Source: an uncultured Thermotogae bacterium (GTDB taxonomy: Bacteria > Bipolaricaulota > Bipolaricaulia > UBA7950 > UBA9294). Taken from it: DNA of 34,014 nt. The stretch is from NCBI GenBank assembly GCA_964593295.1, contig CAZQHD010000001.1, positions 1 through 34,014 of the forward strand. Reading direction: 5' to 3'. Both the position numbers and the translations under genes were made by a program. Under the pieces are notes generated by a model, which had not been told where the DNA came from, did no database searches, and saw only the letters and a list, made by a program, of their open reading frames with translations. Shown here one piece after another: positions 1 to 7,552 of the stretch; the stretch's first letter is position 1; each line of letters opens with the position of its first letter.

Positions 1-55
1 GGAGAACTGGTGTACCCTCGTGGTACCGCGGGTTCAAATCCCGCCCCCTCCGCCA
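1..55 (+). tRNA. 3' portion of a class II (long variable arm) tRNA, probably tRNA-Ser (possibly anticodon GGA); 5' part lies outside the window
   Basis: T-arm GCGGG-TTCAAAT-CCCGC (28-44), acceptor 3' strand CCCCTCC (45-51), discriminator G52, encoded CCA 53-55. Variable-arm hairpin GTACC/GGTAC at 12-26. A long variable arm plus G discriminator fits Ser. The window begins GGA-GA-ACTGG, which would put GGA at the anticodon. Confidence 0.8.
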
Positions 56-332
56 GGCGCCTGTGCTAGGTGGGGGGCTAGCGGTCCCCTGGAATCCACA
101 ACCCGCTCACGTGGAGCCGAACGACACTCGGAGGGAGTGGGCGCGAGGGTCTGTCCACGGGTACGCGGTGATGAGGGCTGAGCCCTCTGCGGCGCATGTC
201 AGTGAACCCCGTCAGGCCCGGAAGGGAGCAGCGGTAAGCGGACCTCTGTGGGTGTTAGAGGATCCCTTGGCCTGAGCCGGCGGCCCGTGAAGCGCTTCGT
301 TACTGCTCTCGATGGGGTCATGCACAGGCGCC
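56..332 (+). ncRNA. ffs: Signal recognition particle RNA, long Bacillus-type form with Alu domain (ends approximate)
   Basis: Domain IV motif GTCAGGCCCGGAAGGGAGCAGCGGTAAG with GGAA tetraloop. 5' Alu-domain motif GTGCTAGGTGGGGGGCTAGCGGTCCCC. Closing 11-bp perfect helix GGCGCCTGTGC (56-66) / GCACAGGCGCC (322-332). Confidence 0.88.
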
Positions 333-364
333 GAGCTTGTTTCCGGGTCCAGTGGTGCCGGGTC

Positions 365-389
365 GTTCATCCTACGTGGAAGGATGAAC
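365..389. terminator. 9-bp hairpin GTTCATCCT-acgtgga-AGGATGAAC between the convergent SRP RNA and radical SAM gene; no U-tract
   Basis: Perfect inverted repeat seen directly. It encloses the radical SAM stop codon (372-374) and lies 33 nt past the SRP RNA closing helix. There is no T-run on either strand, so the terminator role is tentative. Confidence 0.3.
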
Positions 390-1469
390 GAGATCAGTCC
401 ACAATTGCTGCACCCATCTCTTCTCTTGCCAAAGGGCACACTGGCCGTTGCTCTCGTCCAATACGACGTCGGCCGTACGGATCCTCTCCAGAAACGGTGA
501 TTTGAGTGCCTCCAGCAGAGATCCCTGCCGCAGTGACCGGTCGGAGTAGGGGCTAAACGGGCAGGGTTCGATGTCCCCATAAGCGTTGATGTGGACGAAG
601 CCGCGCCCTGCGGCGAGACAGCCCCCGAGGGCGACCTCATCCTGAGGAAAAGAGATGAACAGACTGCCCATGGCTTGCCGGTACTCGTCGAGACGTTGCG
701 TCAACGTCTGGACTTGCTCTGGAGGGAGCTGCATCGATTCGGTGCCTGGCTCGGCCGGAACGTAGTTGATGTAGAAGAAGAGCCTGCACCCGTGTTGAAC
801 CAAGGACGTGACGTGATCCTTGCCAGTGGCGTCCTCGAGATTCTCACGGGTCAATGTCGTGGCGGTCCCAAAGAAGATGCGAGCCTTCTTCAGACGGTCC
901 ATCAGCGCGAGAACAGCTTCGTGTGTCCCGGGACCTCGTCGTGCATCGATGAAGGAACGCGGACCCTCAAGACTCAGGACCGGCAGGACATGGGGTTGCT
1001 TCTTGAGGTGGGTGATGGCGGAGGCATCCATCCGTGATCCATTGCTGAACAGCAGGAAGAGGATCTCAGGCGCAGCTTCGGTGAGGTGGAGCAATCTCTC
1101 GCGCAGGAGTGGTTCTCCGCCGGCCAGCAGGATCACCGAGATGCCCAGATCCTGTGCCTCTGAGAAGAGGAGGGCCGTGCGTGCATCGTCCATCTCCTCT
1201 CGATTCTCGTGCTTATGCAATACATGGGCGTAGCAGCCGGTGCAATGGAGGTTGCAGCGGCTGGTCACACTGTGGATGCAGAACGGCGGCACATGTACGC
1301 CCCGAGCACGGTGTCGTTGCCGGACCTTCGACGCACGTGCCTGGCGGGAGATGAGCCGGACAGCACGGAGGGCGATCCAGGGTTGGCGTGCGCCCAGTCG
1401 TGCCCCCAGCTTGAGGGCATCGAGAATTGACGCTTCGAAGGAGAGGGCAGTGAGGTCGGTCTGGGGCAT
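372..1469 (-). CDS. Radical SAM protein with C-terminal twitch/partial-SPASM-like Cys segment, substrate unknown
   Basis: CxxxCxxC cluster motif SRCNLHCTGCY, GGEPLL motif, C-terminal GGCLAAGRGFVHINAYGDIEPCPF. ATG at 1469 is preceded by GAGGAGGA. The 205 upstream codons of ORF 372..2084 are Arg/Pro/Ser-rich and overlap the next gene, so they were discarded. Confidence 0.85.
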   Translation of the reverse strand: MPQTDLTALSFEASILDALKLGARLGARQPWIALRAVRLISRQARASKVRQRHRARGVHVPPFCIHSVTSRCNLHCTGCYAHVLHKHENREEMDDARTALLFSEAQDLGISVILLAGGEPLLRERLLHLTEAAPEILFLLFSNGSRMDASAITHLKKQPHVLPVLSLEGPRSFIDARRGPGTHEAVLALMDRLKKARIFFGTATTLTRENLEDATGKDHVTSLVQHGCRLFFYINYVPAEPGTESMQLPPEQVQTLTQRLDEYRQAMGSLFISFPQDEVALGGCLAAGRGFVHINAYGDIEPCPFSPYSDRSLRQGSLLEALKSPFLERIRTADVVLDESNGQCALWQEKRWVQQLWTDLVHPST

Positions 1470-1688
1470 GCGGTCCTCCTCGACGTGGTTCAGCCTGATT
1501 CTAGGGGCTCTGGGGTGCATGAGAAAGGTCACATCCGTGGCCGTTCGACTGTCCGACGAAGGTGATGAAATGTTCGTCGGTGGATTGGACAAGTGCGACA
1601 TGTGACGTCTGTCTTGCCGGTCGGGGAGCCGTGGGTGGAAGTGGCCTCCTGAAGGGGCTTGCGCTTGGCGAGGAGAGGAGGCGAGAGA

Positions 1689-1717
1689 TTGGTCCCGCGG
1701 TGGACGCGAGGTATGAT
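1689..1717 (+). promoter_or_regulatory. Candidate sigma-70-type promoter TTGGTC-N17-TATGAT for the nucleoside kinase genes
   Basis: Hexamers and 17-nt spacer read directly from the sequence. Located about 110 nt upstream of the 1830 start. Confidence 0.3.
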
Positions 1718-1730
1718 GAGGAATGCAGCG

Positions 1731-1746
1731 TGTTACATATGTTACA
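1731..1746 (+). promoter_or_regulatory. Tandem direct repeat TGTTACA-TA-TGTTACA containing palindrome ACATATGT; candidate operator just downstream of the putative -10
   Basis: AT-rich island in otherwise GC-rich DNA. Followed by a GC hairpin CCGCCG-ttcggag-CGGCGG (1751-1769). Confidence 0.3.
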
Positions 1747-1829
1747 CGATCCGCCGTTCGGAGCGGCGGGTTCGAGCACGTGGGGAAGATTGAGGATGGG
1801 CGAGTCGTAGACTCCGCGAAGGAGGACCA

Positions 1830-2492
1830 GTGAAGGGGCAACGGACCATGATCCTTTTTGAGGGTAACATCGCGGCAGGGAAAAGCACGGTCGGGAAGCG
1901 ATTGGCGGAGTCCGGGCTGTTCGGTTTCGTCGAGGAACCGGTCGGCGCGTGGCAGGGCGAGTTCGACGAGAATCTTCTTGAGCTGTTCTACCGGGATACG
2001 AGCCGCTGGGCGTTCACCTTCCAATTGGCCGCATTCACGACGAGGGCCAAGACGTGGACCGAGGTGCTGTCGCGGACGGATCATCGCAATGTGGTTCTCG
2101 AGCGGTCGATTTACTGTGATCGGTATGTGTTCGCAAAGAACTGCTTCCAGTCTGGCCTGATGAAGAAGACCGAGTGGCAGCTGTACTGCAAGCTCTGGGA
2201 GTGGCTTGAGAGCAACTGGTGTACGCAGCCCAACAAGATCGTCTACTTGAGAACGCCAGCCGAGGTGTGCCGGGACCGAATCGAAGCGCGCGGGCGCAGC
2301 GAGGAGGCGTCGATTCCTCTGGAGTATCTACGCGACCTGGAGGCGTTGCACGACGAGTGGTTGCTCGACAGTCCGTTGACCGTCGTGTTGGATGGATGCC
2401 GCCAGTGGACGGCTCGTGACATCTACGATGTCTTGTGCGATGCTGACGTGTCGCTGGCCTCGGAGAGAGAGCTGCAGAGCGCCAGCGCTTGA
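1830..2492 (+). CDS. Deoxynucleoside kinase (dCK/dGK/dAK family)
   Basis: P-loop FEGNIAAGKST, ERSIYCDRYVF (ERS motif), Arg-rich lid RIEARGRSEE. GTG 1830 follows GGAGGA. The alternative ATG at 1848 gives MILFEGN. Confidence 0.88.
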   Translation: MKGQRTMILFEGNIAAGKSTVGKRLAESGLFGFVEEPVGAWQGEFDENLLELFYRDTSRWAFTFQLAAFTTRAKTWTEVLSRTDHRNVVLERSIYCDRYVFAKNCFQSGLMKKTEWQLYCKLWEWLESNWCTQPNKIVYLRTPAEVCRDRIEARGRSEEASIPLEYLRDLEALHDEWLLDSPLTVVLDGCRQWTARDIYDVLCDADVSLASERELQSASA

Positions 2493-2547
2493 CGGTGGAT
2501 CGAAGACCGGCTCGCCCCACATAGCGTGCGTGTTGCATCGATGACCG

Positions 2548-4056
2548 ATGCACAGTAATACTAGGGTCATGCCGGTCCTCAACCGAATCGGGAAGATCAG
2601 AAAGCGGAACCATGCGTTGGTCACGTTCGATCCGTCCAAGATCCTTCGTGCCATCAAACGCGGGGCGGACTCTGCCGGCGGGTTCGCGCCCGACTATCTG
2701 CCCGAGATCAACGAACGGATCTTCGCCGCCGGGGGAACGGATGATGGGATCGCCGAATTCCTCGCGGATATGGTGGTCCTCTGTCTGAACGCGGATCCAA
2801 GGCACTGGGTGACCAACTTCCCCCCCACGGTGGAGGAGGTCCAGGACACGGTTCTGCACGTTCTTCGCAGCCATGGATTCACCACCGTGGCCGACTCTTA
2901 TACCTGCTTTCGCTGGGGCCACCATTGGCTGCGCGAGGGTGCCATCACGGAGGAGCAGTTCGTCCGCAATGGTTACCCCAGGGAGACCATGGATCGGTGG
3001 TTGGCGTGGAATCGTGCCCACGGCTGCGACACGGTGGAGGGATTGAACGAGATCGTCCGCTCGGGAGGCATGAAGCAGTTGATCGACGACGCGCTCGGCC
3101 GGTACGAGGAAAGCCTGGATGGCGTGGCGGCTCGGTTGCTGCAGCGGATCGAATGCGGCGACGATATCCGACTGATCTGGGTCTCCGGTCCGTCGTCGTC
3201 GGGAAAGACGACGACCACCGTCAAGGTGACGGAGCGGTTGCGGGCGCAAGGCTTGCGATTCCTGATGCTCAACCTGGACGACTACTTCTGGTCTCTGATC
3301 GAGCATCCCACAGACTGGATTGACGATCGAAACTACGAAACACCGGAAGCCTTGGACATTCAACTGCTGAACGAGCATCTGCTGGCCTTGTTGGCGGGGG
3401 AGACGATCGACAAGCCTGTCTACAGCTTCAAGGAGGGACACCGCTGCGGCAGGGTGCGCGTCCGGAGAGACCCTGATCAGATCTTGGTCCTCGACTGTCT
3501 CCATGGATTCTACCCGCCGATCTCCGAAGGGATCGATCCGTCCCAGATCTTCCGGCTGTACATCGAAGCGATGAACCCGCTGTATGAGAAACACCCGTTG
3601 ATCCCGCTCTATCAGGGAGATCTCTCGGACCGCCGGCTGACGCGCTATGAGGATATCCGTTTGCTGCGACGCACCCTCCGTGACAGCAAGCATCGAAACC
3701 ATCCTCCTCTCGCCACATTGCTGCACTGGCACTACGTTCGAGCGGGTGAACTGTTCTCGATCATCCCGCTGAAGGGGATGGCCGACTGTGTTGTCAACGG
3801 AGGGATGCCGTTCGATCTTCCGATCCTGAAGCCCTTCTTCTCGGGAGACGACGGTCTGTGGCCGAGACAGGACGATCTCACACAGTATCCTTCATACCTT
3901 GACGCCCGCATTCGACAGCGCCGTGTGCAGACGCTGCTTCACTCGGTGGTCGGGGTTACACCGCGGGAGGTGGCGGACCCTCATTTCCTTCCGGGCGATG
4001 CTGTAGTCCGCGAGTTCGTCGGTGGAAGCACCTTGCAGATCCCGCATAACGACTAG
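2548..4056 (+). CDS. ATP-cone domain fused to a uridine kinase/phosphoribulokinase-family P-loop nucleoside kinase
   Basis: N-terminus KIRKRNHALVTFDPSKILRAI ... VEEVQDTVLHVLRSHGFTTVADSYTCFR matches the ATP-cone pattern. Kinase part has VSGPSSSGKTTTT, LNLDDYF, NYETPEALDIQLL, KPVYSFKEGHR. Alternative start is ATG 2569; ATG 2548 sits in the 3' arm of hairpin TGCATCG-atgac-CGATGCA. Confidence 0.8.
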   Translation: MHSNTRVMPVLNRIGKIRKRNHALVTFDPSKILRAIKRGADSAGGFAPDYLPEINERIFAAGGTDDGIAEFLADMVVLCLNADPRHWVTNFPPTVEEVQDTVLHVLRSHGFTTVADSYTCFRWGHHWLREGAITEEQFVRNGYPRETMDRWLAWNRAHGCDTVEGLNEIVRSGGMKQLIDDALGRYEESLDGVAARLLQRIECGDDIRLIWVSGPSSSGKTTTTVKVTERLRAQGLRFLMLNLDDYFWSLIEHPTDWIDDRNYETPEALDIQLLNEHLLALLAGETIDKPVYSFKEGHRCGRVRVRRDPDQILVLDCLHGFYPPISEGIDPSQIFRLYIEAMNPLYEKHPLIPLYQGDLSDRRLTRYEDIRLLRRTLRDSKHRNHPPLATLLHWHYVRAGELFSIIPLKGMADCVVNGGMPFDLPILKPFFSGDDGLWPRQDDLTQYPSYLDARIRQRRVQTLLHSVVGVTPREVADPHFLPGDAVVREFVGGSTLQIPHND

Positions 4057-4114
4057 ACCTTCATTGCAGGACGTGCGGGCGGTTGGGTACCCTCACGGCA
4101 CGAGGAGACGAGGT

Positions 4115-5116
4115 ATGCCTGCGAATCTATCCGCTCAGTTCATCAAGGCTCGAACGCGGTTTCGGGAAGCTCAGACGCCACAGGAGAAGCTGGCGGCCTT
4201 GGAAGAGATGCTCGCCACGATTCCCAAGCACAAGGGAACGGACAAGATGCAGGCCGACATCAAGCGCCGGATTGCCAAGGTGAGGGAAGCGGCAAGCTCT
4301 TCGGGGAAGAAGAGCAGAGGTCCGTCCTACGAACACATGCCGAAGGAGGGCGCCGGGCAGGTCGTGCTAGTGGGGCCACCGAATGCGGGCAAATCAACGC
4401 TGCTCTCGGTGCTGACCAACGCCAAGCCGGAGGTGGCAACCTATCCGTTCTCCACCATCATCCCGGTTCCAGGGATGATGAGATTCGAGGATATCCACAT
4501 CCAACTGCTAGATCTCCCTCCGATTGCCCCCGAGTACACGGAACCTTGGGTGTACAGCCTGATCCGCTCTGCAGATCTTGCAATGGTGGTCCTGGATGCC
4601 TCGGATGGGGACCTCCTCGGCGACGAGTTGGAGGAGCTCTTGGCCCAGCTGGAGGAACGCAGGATCCGGCTTGTGCCCGAGCGCGATGGCGACGAGGAGG
4701 ATCGAATCGCAAAGATTCCGACCTGTCTGGTGCTCACGCAGTCGGATCGTGCCTCTGCCTCGGTCCCGCCTTCACTGTCTGCGTATTCTTCGTTCCCTCG
4801 GGTCACCGTCTCGTGCACGGCCTTGCACGGGCTGGATGAGCTCAGACGTCACGTGTTCAAGGCGTTGCAGGTGGTCCGAGTTTACACCAAGCTTCCCGGC
4901 CAGAAGCCCGACATGGAGGAGCCGTACACGCTGCCGGTGGGTAGCCAGGTGTTGGACGCGGTCCGGGCGATCCACCGTGAGTTCGCCGATCGACTGAAGT
5001 ATGTTCGGATCTGGGGGTCGGGACGGTTCGACGGGCAGCAGGTGCCCAGTGACCATCTCTTGGAGGATGGCGACGTCATCGAAGTACACCTGCAGAAGCA
5101 GGCGTCAATCGGCTGA
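4115..5116 (+). CDS. DRG/Rbg-like Obg-family GTPase with C-terminal TGS domain
   Basis: G1 is LVGPPNAGKST and G2 is YPFSTIIP. G3 is the variant LLDLPP and G4 the variant LTQSD. TGS region VYTKLPGQKPDMEEPYTLPVGSQVLDAVRAIHREFADRLKYVRIWGSGRFDGQQVPSDHLLEDGDVIEV closely parallels eukaryotic/archaeal DRG. ATG 4115 follows GAGGAGACGAGG. Confidence 0.85.
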   Translation: MPANLSAQFIKARTRFREAQTPQEKLAALEEMLATIPKHKGTDKMQADIKRRIAKVREAASSSGKKSRGPSYEHMPKEGAGQVVLVGPPNAGKSTLLSVLTNAKPEVATYPFSTIIPVPGMMRFEDIHIQLLDLPPIAPEYTEPWVYSLIRSADLAMVVLDASDGDLLGDELEELLAQLEERRIRLVPERDGDEEDRIAKIPTCLVLTQSDRASASVPPSLSAYSSFPRVTVSCTALHGLDELRRHVFKALQVVRVYTKLPGQKPDMEEPYTLPVGSQVLDAVRAIHREFADRLKYVRIWGSGRFDGQQVPSDHLLEDGDVIEVHLQKQASIG

Positions 5117-5997
5117 ACGCTCCGACGACGGCAATCGGTGTTCGTGTCTCAGCGTGGCGATTGCGCCGCGGACACACAGTGCCAATGCCGCTCGATCGAG
5201 AGGCGTGAGATCCGCTTGCTCGGGCGCGCAGAGAATCGCGTCCAGAACCTCCTGAGAGGAGCGGTGGTTGGACAACAGTGCATGCACGTGATCGAGCCAC
5301 TCATGGACGTTGGCTTCGTGGCGATGCAAGGTCGCGATGGCGTCGCCGCGGATCCCAAAATGCGCATAGGCAAGCCACATGGGAGCGTGTTGGAGAAGCC
5401 GATCGAGCGTCGCGCGTGCCGTGGGAAGATCGTAGCGTGGTGGCACCGTATGGGGACCGGACACCGGATGGTTCCAACCGCCGAGCGCGTCTCCGGTGAA
5501 CAGCGTGCCCGAAGCGTGCTCGATGAAGCACAGATGGTGGCTTGCATGCCCGGGGCTGGCGATGACCTCGATCTGCACCCCATGACCTCGATCGCACCCC
5601 TCGCCGTCATGTGCGGCCATCAGTTGGTGGCCGGGGACCGGGAGGGGACGACCGTAGTGGGGAGACAGCTCCGGAGAGGCGGCCTGCACAGCGTCGAAGA
5701 GATGCGCAGGATCGGCGAGATGCTGCACACCGGATGGGTGAACCCAGACGCGACACGCAGGGTACGCGTAGGCTAGATGACCTGCACCGCCAGCATGATC
5801 CAGATGGAGGTGCGTGACAAACAGGTGGTCGATTCGGATGCCGTGCAGCGCGGACAAGAGTGCCGGGGCGGAGGCGCCTGTCCCCGTGTCGACCAGCGCG
5901 CATGACGTTCCTCTCCGAGGTAGACGGCGCCACGCCCCGGCAGGCCGAACTGATGGGTGTCGATGAGTACGATATGTGGGGACAGAGAAGCCGTCAC
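5105..5997 (-). pseudogene. MBL-fold metallo-hydrolase interrupted by a frameshift near 5893-5903 (pseudogene, assembly indel, or recoding)
   Basis: N-terminal 32 codons (VTASLSPHIVLIDTHQFGLPGRGAVYLGEERHA) are in one frame, starting at GTG 5997 in a GTGA overlap with the upstream stop. The rest (LVDTGTGAS...THLHLDHAGG...SPGHASHH) is in another frame, which has no start codon between 6137 and the junction. The junction lies at a GCGCGC run. Confidence 0.6.
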
Positions 5998-7301
5998 CGA
6001 AGCAGCCCGATCTGCATGCCGACCAGGAGAGCGATTGTTCCCATGACGCACGTAGCGAGGGCGACCCATGTGCCGCTGGCCCGCCACTGGCGGAAGGTAA
6101 GCGGCTCGCCGAGAGAGCTGGACATGCTGACCACGACAACATTTGCGGCCGATCCGAGGGGGGTAAGATTCGCGCCGAACCCTACACCGATCGCCAGTGC
6201 CCACCATAACGGCGTCACCTCGGTGCCCTGTGCGGCAAGGCTTCGAAGAATGGGGAGCATGACGATCGTGAATGGAACATTGCTGATCACGCCGGATGCC
6301 AGTGCGCCGACCCAAAGGACGACGACCGCTGTGAGCGGAATACTGTGCTGAGCAAGTACGCCGATGCCGCCGCCCAAGGTGCTGATCACGCCGGATGCAT
6401 CTAACCCTCCCACGATGACGAACAGTGAGGTGAAGAACAGAAGAACGTCCCAATGGAGGTCGCGAAGAATCCGGTCGAAATCCGGTCCGACCCAGAGCAG
6501 ACCCACGCATGCTCCGATGAGGGCGACCAACCCCGGTTCCAATCCGATGAGCTCATGCAAGAAGAACAGGAGGATGGTGGCTCCGAGAGTGACGAGCATT
6601 CTGCGCGTTGTGATCGGGTCGACGATGGCTCGTCGTTCGTCCATCTCCATCAGACGATTGACGTTTGAGGGCACCCGTGCCAGATCCTTCCGGAACAACA
6701 GCAACAGCAACGCCTGGGCAACGAGCCAGGCCAGCAGCACGATCGGGGCCAATCTCGTGAGGAAGTCGAGAAACCCGAGCCCTGCGGCCGACCCGATCAA
6801 GATGTTGGGCGGATCTCCGATGAGGGTGGCGACACCACCGATGTTCGAGAGCAGCACCTCGGAAAGGAGGAAGGGGAGAGGCGAGATCCCGAGAATGTCC
6901 GCCAACGAGACGGTGACGGGTACAATGATGATGATGGTGGTGACGTTGTCCAATACCGTGGAGACCAGCGACGTGACGAGTCCGAGGTAGACGAGGAGCA
7001 GCCAGGGGCGTCCCTTGGCAAGCTTGGCGGCGCGGATGGCGAGGTACTGGAAGAATCCCGTCTCCTTGAACAGCGCGACGACGATCATCATACCGAGCAG
7101 CAGCAGCAGCGTGTCAAAGTCTACGGAGCGGACGGCATCGTTGAAGTGGTAGAATCGGAGCCATGATCCGAGGGTGACCATCAACACCGCGCCGGAAAGG
7201 GCGACGATCGTTCGTTGCATGCGGCCCAGGAAGATGCCGACATAGGTCAGCACAAACGCCAGGATGGAAACTGCGGATGGTACCCAGACTCCGTGCCCCA
7301 T
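5994..7301 (-). CDS. ArsB/NhaD-superfamily (ion transporter, citrate-transporter-like) permease
   Basis: 435-aa polytopic membrane protein with internal hydrophobic repeat halves and a central hydrophilic loop (FRKDLARVPSNVNRLMEMDERRAIVD), a pattern typical of ArsB/NhaD/P-protein permeases. Substrate not inferable. Confidence 0.75.
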   Translation of the reverse strand: MGHGVWVPSAVSILAFVLTYVGIFLGRMQRTIVALSGAVLMVTLGSWLRFYHFNDAVRSVDFDTLLLLLGMMIVVALFKETGFFQYLAIRAAKLAKGRPWLLLVYLGLVTSLVSTVLDNVTTIIIIVPVTVSLADILGISPLPFLLSEVLLSNIGGVATLIGDPPNILIGSAAGLGFLDFLTRLAPIVLLAWLVAQALLLLLFRKDLARVPSNVNRLMEMDERRAIVDPITTRRMLVTLGATILLFFLHELIGLEPGLVALIGACVGLLWVGPDFDRILRDLHWDVLLFFTSLFVIVGGLDASGVISTLGGGIGVLAQHSIPLTAVVVLWVGALASGVISNVPFTIVMLPILRSLAAQGTEVTPLWWALAIGVGFGANLTPLGSAANVVVVSMSSSLGEPLTFRQWRASGTWVALATCVMGTIALLVGMQIGLLR

Positions 7302-7552
7302 AGAATGATCATCTCTGTTCCGGAAAGTGCCCGATGCTATCGCGTCTTCGTGGGGGACGCAACTGTCTCGTGATCTCTACCTCGGGTGCATCGGACCTCT
7401 CCGAGGGTGTCGCGTTGGGGATGTATCGGCGGAGCGGTGCGGATACCATGATGGGATGCCGATGCATTGGCGCTTGACGAAACCTCGTGACGGCGGATGG
7501 GACGGTCGAGTCTACGTGAGGATCCGGGGCGGTGAGTTCGAAGGAGATGGAG

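Noticed and set aside
63-640. Several 60-140-aa ORFs on both strands (63..275, 212..640, 248..505, 312..500)
   Set aside because: They overlap the SRP RNA, which has strong structural and sequence signatures, and the 3' end of the radical SAM gene. They show no coding features.
1-1500. Integrative or mobile element at the tRNA 3' end
   Set aside because: There is no integrase, recombinase or direct repeat of the tRNA 3' end. The sequence immediately downstream is the SRP RNA and housekeeping genes.
1729-1748. Possible NrdR box upstream of the nucleoside kinase genes
   Set aside because: As I recall it, the NrdR consensus is an ACAC...GTGT-type 16-bp palindrome. This element reads GTGTTACATATGTTACAC, which is a direct repeat with only an 8-bp palindromic core. 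It is kept as a generic operator candidate, not called as an NrdR site.
1470-2084. N-terminal 205 codons of the 570-aa ORF 372..2084 (minus)
   Set aside because: Low-complexity Pro/Arg/Ser sequence that overlaps the dNK gene and the divergent promoter region. The radical SAM domain begins right after an internal ATG (1469) with a GAGGAGGA SD.
2035-3732. 565-aa ORF on the minus strand
   Set aside because: It is entirely antisense to the deoxynucleoside kinase and ATP-cone kinase genes, which have clear motifs. Its product is Arg/Pro/Ser/Ala-rich with no motif. This is the typical shadow ORF of GC-rich DNA.
5998-6510. Upstream part of the 245-aa ORF 5773..6510 and the 345-aa ORF start at 6142 (minus)
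   Set aside because: Both run out of frame through the ArsB/NhaD-type permease gene. Only the last ~32 pre-frameshift codons of the first ORF (from GTG 5997) look like a genuine MBL N-terminus. The ATG at 6142 would require a ~149-nt same-strand overlap.
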